From Callorhinchus milii (lineage: Eukaryota): 64,000 nt of DNA. How positions within the stretch are numbered: position 1 is the first letter of the stretch; each line of letters begins with the position of its first letter. The DNA lies in contig NW_024704742.1 of the NCBI RefSeq assembly GCF_018977255.1, positions 34,474,001 to 34,538,000 on the forward strand. The letters run 5' to 3'. The notes under the pieces were generated by a model. It saw only the letters and a list, made by a program, of their open reading frames with translations, was not told where the DNA came from and did no database searches. A program made the translations under genes and the position numbers. Below are positions 59,813-64,000 of the stretch, piece after piece.

Positions 59813-60284
59813 TACTATTTTTCGATAGTATATAATTAGTGGCTATTAGTTACTAGCTTTATAACACTTTCCTCTCTTCTCTATTTTGCGTGTTTTTGGT
59901 TGTCTGTAAATTGTATTTCATAAAGTTTCACTGATACCTGCGTCTTTGCTTGCTATATTGGCTGCTGCAATCCTACAAAATACCCAGTCAAGACATTTTT
60001 AGTAAATTCTGTGAAGCACTTTGAGCTTTCTTCTCAACAGGTAAAGGCACTATATTAAATACAAGTTCTATTGCACTTATAGAGTCTCTGCACTCAAGAA
60101 GAAACTAAACCAAACATGCAACATAACTGGTTTACCCCTTAGAGCTGCACTACTAGAAATGATGCCGTGATATATCCCAGGGTACCAACAAGCCTTACTT
60201 GTGTCTGAGCTTTCAATCAAGAGCTCAGAGATTGACAAACCTATGCCACCTTCAACCAAATTATGCTGAAGTATCTGCCTAGAC

Positions 60285-60357
60285 CCGTGATGGCCAATTT
60301 GCGATCCACATGACTATCCCACGCATGCGTAATGCAACCCGCGGTTGGCCATCAGTT
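60285..60357. mobile_element. Very small hAT-type MITE
   Basis: Imperfect TIRs CCGTGATGGCCAA and TTGGCCATCAGTT; left flank GCCTAGAC, right TSD degenerate. Confidence 0.5.
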
Positions 60358-61362
60358 GTTATAGAGTTGAGCCCAAAGTTTCAATGTGTGACTTGAACCC
60401 ACAACTTTACAACTCAGAGGTAAGAATGCTACTACGGAGCGAATCCGACACTTGAATTCCAGTCGCACAGTTAAAAGGTTGATCAGCCAGCTTCAGTAAA
60501 GACAACAACTATATAAGTAACTAGTATCCAGCATCTGTCGGAAAAGATGGATTTGAGTTTATTGGGAATTATGACTTATTTTTAGAGCGTTTTATTGAAT
60601 GTTTTTAACAATGAGATAGACTGATGCAATTTCTGTCATTTCTATTTCTATTTTTTAATCTGTTAAGTGATTTGTATCTAATTTTTAAACCAGATTAGTG
60701 CTAACATGCTCATTTCTGTAGCATGAATTCACAAAAAGAGTATTTTTTGTCAAATGAGCAGATTTTTAATCCATCATCTCTTCATTCCAAATATTCATAA
60801 GTACTGATCCCATAAACCATTTATCAGATCAAATCACTTTGATTACCTCACTGTCTAAGACAGTGTAAATACTCTTTTTATACACTGACTCGAATGCTAA
60901 ATTTTGAAGCAAAACTAAATCTTTCCGATACTGTACACCTAACATATTAGGAATGGAACATTCATTTCATATTATACTTTTAAAATTTGTGTAAGTCTCC
61001 ATTTCTTCTCTTGGGAAATAACTACTAATAGCTATTATTAGGTTGAACACAAAGTTGAAAGCATTCACACATTCTGGTGGAAGCAAAATCCTGGCAGAAT
61101 TCCAAACACACTGGGACGTCAACCCTTAACTAAGCTCCTGTGATGGACATTTTATGCTGCTTTGATCTCTTGTGTCTGACACCATTCTTTGGCCCTGGCA
61201 ATTGGCAGGTGGCTGTAGCTGGCGATTGTGAGAGATCCACACATGGCCTAGAGCCTTGGATCTTCAGAACTGGCTCAACAGTCGACAGTGTTGGCAGATG
61301 CAACCTGAATAAAAGAGGCCTGCAGCTCAGTCGTCAGCACATTGTCAAGTGGGATTTGATAT

Positions 61363-63672
61363 TAAGAACATAAGAATTAGGAGCAGGAGTAGGCCATTCG
61401 GCCCCTCGAGCCTGCCCCGCCATTTGATAAGATCATGGCTGATCTTCTGACCTAACTCTAATTACCTGCCCTATCCCCATATCCCCTAAACCCTCTATTT
61501 TTAAAAAATCTATCAGTCTCAGCCTGAAAATGTTCAAGAACAGAGCATCTACAGCCTTCTGGGGTAGTGAATTCAATAAATTCACTACCCTCTGAGTGAA
61601 GAAATGTTTCCTCAACTCTGTTCTAAAAGGCTGACCCTTAATTTTAAGACTGTGACCCCTGGTTATAGATTCTCCTACCAAGGGAAACAATCCCACAGTG
61701 TTTACTTTATCCAACCCTTTAAGAATCTTATACGTTTCAATAAGATCTCCCCTAATTCTTCTGTACTCTAGAGAATACAGCTCTAGTTTATTCAGCCTAT
61801 CCTCATAAGTCAGTCCCCTCATCCCAGGAACCAACCTAGTGACTCTACGCTGCACCCGCGCTAAGGCAAGTATATCCTTTTTTAAATAAGGAGACCAAAA
61901 CTGCACACAATACTCTAGGTGCAATCTCACCAAGGCCTTATACAGTTGCAGCAAGACTTCCCTACTCTTGTACTCTAAACCTTTTGCAATGAACGCTAAC
62001 ATGCCGTTCGCCTTCTTAGTTGCTTGCTGCACCTGCAAACTAACTTTTTGAGACTGGTGTACAAGGACACCCAAATCCCTCTGAACGCTAACACTATCTA
62101 ACCTCTCTCCTCTAGAAAATAATCTGTTTTTCTATTTTTGCTACCTAGGTGAATAACTTCACACTTCCCCACATTAAATTCCATCTGCCACCTACTCGTC
62201 CATTCCCCTGGCCTATCTATATCCCGTTGCAATCTTCTTGCATCATCCTCAGAGCTTACTCTCCCACCTAGTTTAGTATCATCAATGAATTTAGATACGT
62301 TACGTTCAATGTCCTCGTCTAGATCATTGAAGTAAATTGTAAATAGCTGAGGCCCAAGCACTGATCCTTGTGGCACTCCACTAGTCACATCCTGCCAATT
62401 CGAGAATGACCCGTTTATCCCTACTCTTTGTTTTCTACCCGTTAGCCACTCTTCAATCCATGCGAATATGTTCCCATTAATCCCGTGGGCCTTAACCTTG
62501 TGCAATAGCCTTTTGTGTGGCACTTTGCCAAATGCCTTCTTAAAATCTAAATATCTACTGGTTCCCCCCCCCATTTAACCTGCTAGATACATCTTCAAAA
62601 AACTCTAAAAGATTAGTTAAGCGTGACTTCCCTTTTGTAAAGCCATGTTGACTCTGCCTAATCTTGTTATGGTCTTCCAGGAATCCCATAAAGACATCCT
62701 TAATTAAGGACTCAAGAATTTTCCCTACCACTGATGTCAGACTAACTGGTCTATACTTCCCCATCTTTTCTATCCCACCCTTCTTAAATAGTTGTGTTAT
62801 GTTTGCCATCTTCCAATCAATGGGAACCATTCCAGAATCCAGAGAATTTTGGAAGATCAAAGACAAGCCATCCACTATCTCAGTAGCCACCTCTTTTAAA
62901 ACCCTAGGATGTAGGCCATCAGGTCCAGGGGATTTATCAGTTTTAAGACTTGACAATTTACCTAAAACCATTTCTTTACTAATATTAATTTTTCCAAGTT
63001 GTTCGCTAACATTGTCTTCTTTGTTCCCCTCTATTCTTGGTAGGTTTTCAGTGTCTTCTAAGGTGAAGACAGTAGCAAAGTACTTGTTTAATGACTCTGC
63101 TATGTCTTTGTCCCCTATTGTAATTCCCCCCGTCTCTGTCTCTAATGGACCCACATTTACCTTTGACAGCCTCTTCCTCTTTATATATTTGTAAAAACTC
63201 TTGCAGTCTGTCTTTATGTTCCTTGCTAGTTTGCCCTCATATTCCACTTTTTCCCTCTTAATCACTTTTTTGGTTCTCCTTTGTTGATCCCTAAAGTTCT
63301 CCCAATCCTCGGGTTTACTACTCATCTTAGCTGTTTTATGGGCTTCTTCCTTTAACTTTATACTTTCCCTAACTTCTCTAGTTGAGCCACCTTTCCCGTG
63401 GCATTCTTATTCCTCAAAGGAATACGTGCTCGCTGGGAATTTTGCACTATCTCCTTAAACGTCTGCCATTGCTGATCTACTGTCAAATCCTGAAGTCTAA
63501 TTTCCCATTTTATTTTAGCTAAATCCTCTCTCATATCAACAAAGTTGGCTCTACTTAAATTTAAGATCTTTGCTTCGGACTTAACTACTTCTCTCTCTAA
63601 CTTAATGCTAAATTCCATCATATTATGATCACTTTGTCCTAGAGGAGCCTTAATTTCCAGTTTGCTGATCTG
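61363..63672 (-). mobile_element. CR1-clade LINE, 5'-truncated, ORF2 (end of endonuclease plus reverse transcriptase) broken by frameshifts
   Basis: ORFs with LGQSDHN, KSPGPDGLHPRVLKE, YRPVSLTSVVGKILE, YLDFKKAF, GVPQGSVLGP, FIDDTKL, LEYCVQFWSP and RGDLIETYK; CR1 3' end with TAAGAACATAAGAA tail. Confidence 0.95.
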
Positions 63673-63675
63673 CAT

Positions 63676-63950
63676 GCGTGGGATAGGAAGTTTGTTGCGG
63701 GAGAGAATGTGGGTGGCGGGGTTTTGAATGAGCTGAATTTTGTGAATAGTAGAAGAGGGGAGACCAGCGAGGAGAGTATCAGTGTAGTCCAGCCGAGAGG
63801 TGACAAAGGCATGGACAAGGGTTTCGGCCTTTGGGTTGAGGTATTGTAAGGAGACGGGCAATGTGGCGGAGGTGGAAGAAAGCAGTGCTGGTCAGGGACC
63901 GGATGTGGGGGAGGAAGGATAACTGAGGATCGAACCTGATGCCTAAATTG
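63676..63950 (-). mobile_element. L2 LINE fragment abutting the CR1 5' end
   Basis: AETLVHAFVTSRLDYTDTLLAGLP...IQLIQN. Confidence 0.8.
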
Positions 63951-64000
63951 TCCATGCGTACAGAGAGTTTTAATGACAGGTCGGGTAGATTGAGGAGGTC

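Noticed and set aside
38300..61300. Exons of a neighbouring gene (ELOVL6 lies upstream of ENPEP in mammals)
   Set aside because: I found no recognisable coding exon; short or non-coding exons could be missed by eye.
63358..63861. 167-aa ORF as a novel gene
   Set aside because: Chance in-frame junction of an L2 fragment and a truncated CR1.

Overview
This is vertebrate genomic DNA. The repeat content (L2 and CR1 LINEs, Deu-type and tRNA-Ala SINEs) suggests a cartilaginous fish, possibly a chimaera; the taxon is an inference. The window holds one intact protein-coding gene, a 20-exon ENPEP (glutamyl aminopeptidase / aminopeptidase A) on the minus strand. I assembled its CDS by hand from ATG 37468 to TAA 7773: all introns are GT-AG, the exon phases chain correctly, and the total is 2871 nt (956 aa) with GAMEN and HEXXH-18X-E motifs. 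The most unusual signal lies just downstream, at about 1-3240 on the same strand. It is a heavily decayed, very compact second ENPEP-like copy, with relics of exons 1-5, probably 7 and 9, and 10 in collinear order. Directly upstream of it is a decayed leucine-rich-repeat (LRR/LRRCT) segment that appears to run in frame into the ENPEP-like N-terminus. The rest is intronic or intergenic sequence rich in LINE and SINE fragments. It includes nested insertions, two hAT-type MITEs at the same site in two SINE copies, a 180-bp direct duplication, an inverted duplication inside an L2, and mini/microsatellites around the CpG-island first exon. Most of the long ORFs supplied in the track are repeat-derived artefacts.
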